Assembly (NCBI GenBank): GCA_046861645.1 | Contig: JBHHUM010000041.1 | Coordinates: 1 to 17,640, forward strand | DNA length: 17,640 nt | Source: Fidelibacterota bacterium | GTDB taxonomy: Bacteria > Fidelibacterota > Marinisomatia > Marinisomatales > UBA2128 | Reading direction: 5' to 3' | Shown: positions 16,937 through 17,640 of the stretch, one piece after another | Layout of the letters: every line of letters begins with the position of its first letter | Position numbering within the stretch: the stretch's first letter is position 1 | Position numbers and translations under genes: made by a program | Notes under the pieces: generated by a model | The model's input: the letters and a program-made list of their open reading frames with translations, nothing else | What the model was told of the DNA's origin: nothing | Databases searched by the model: none

Positions 16937-17640
16937 TCAACGATAACCCCTGTAGACTATTGCTTTTCCGGTGGAGTAGTCCTCCCCTACAAGCACGACA
17001 ATATCGCCTTTGACTGCTAAACCATCCGTGCTCACACGGCCCTGGGGATCCATTATCTTCAGTTCATCGAAGAACTTCCAGTTCTTTCCATTGAAATGAC
17101 TCACTTCACTACCAAAGCTGGTCGTTACAAATATGTTGTTCGGTCCATCTCCTCGTACATGTGCTATCCCCAAATCCAGTTCCCAATGCACTTCCTCTAA
17201 AGGTGTCAGCCTACCTTCTCCAGTCGTCACAGATTCCTTCCAAAGACTGGCACAACCAAGATATACTGTGTCTCCATAGCCCCACGTGGAAAGAAACGAC
17301 CCAGACGGCAGGCTGTAATCTTCCGGAGGCCAGTTTTCTGTCGTCCGCTCATAGATCATAGACCAGCTACTTCCATTATAAAACAGAACCTCATTCTTGA
17401 TTGTAGGATTATTGGTGTATGTAACAACCCACACATGTTCCCCATCCAATCCCCATATGTCAATAATACCTACATCCGTCCCGCTTTCCCTCTTGATGAA
17501 TGAACTGCCGTCGTAGTGTAAGATATAACCGGTGTTGCCAATGAAGTAAATGTTGCTTAAAGAAATACCCCAAATACCAGTGACCACGTTCATCTCCCCG
17601 CTTTTCCAGTCGCACTCCCACCTCAATGTAGGTTCTTGAG
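16937..17640 (-). CDS. Hypothetical beta-propeller-like protein (5'-truncated by the window edge)
   Basis: Repeated blades IWG.S..NIYFIG..G.ILHYDG, DIWG....VWVV, YNGSSW, V.G...NNIFV, HFNGKNW. The frame stays open to the window end. Confidence 0.7.
   Translation of the reverse strand, partial: QEPTLRWECDWKSGEMNVVTGIWGISLSNIYFIGNTGYILHYDGSSFIKRESGTDVGIIDIWGLDGEHVWVVTYTNNPTIKNEVLFYNGSSWSMIYERTTENWPPEDYSLPSGSFLSTWGYGDTVYLGCASLWKESVTTGEGRLTPLEEVHWELDLGIAHVRGDGPNNIFVTTSFGSEVSHFNGKNWKFFDELKIMDPQGRVSTDGLAVKGDIVVLVGEDYSTGKAIVYRGYR

Noticed and set aside
1..17640. CRISPR array, tRNA/rRNA, transposase/integrase or anti-phage defence genes
   Set aside because: No regularly spaced repeats, cloverleaf structures or relevant protein motifs were seen.

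Overview
Bacterial chromosomal window, probably from an FCB-superphylum organism (inferred from Gln-exposing signal peptides and gene content; exact taxon cannot be assigned). It contains a 5'-truncated mfd (+). Three minus-strand genes follow: YhhN/lysoplasmalogenase-family, RraB-like and a Na+-coupled DAACS Asp/Glu symporter. Next is a minus-strand operon with a near-consensus sigma70 promoter: one-Cys ArsR > coupled 44-codon ORF > LigB/HPCD-like extradiol dioxygenase > YceI > two very Met-rich DoxX proteins > full-length YjbH-like DsbA-fold/winged-helix protein. This is a candidate quinone/electrophile/oxidant stress module. Divergent from it is a plus-strand trans-envelope lipid-transport cluster: TetR > LolA-like carrier > outer-membrane beta-barrel > saccharopine-dehydrogenase-fold oxidoreductase > MMPL/RND transporter, interrupted by a probable decayed GxxExxY remnant. 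The window ends in a truncated beta-propeller-type gene. No rRNA, tRNA, CRISPR array or intact mobile element was seen. The best candidates for undescribed systems are the ArsR stress operon and the lipid-transport cluster with its embedded reductase.
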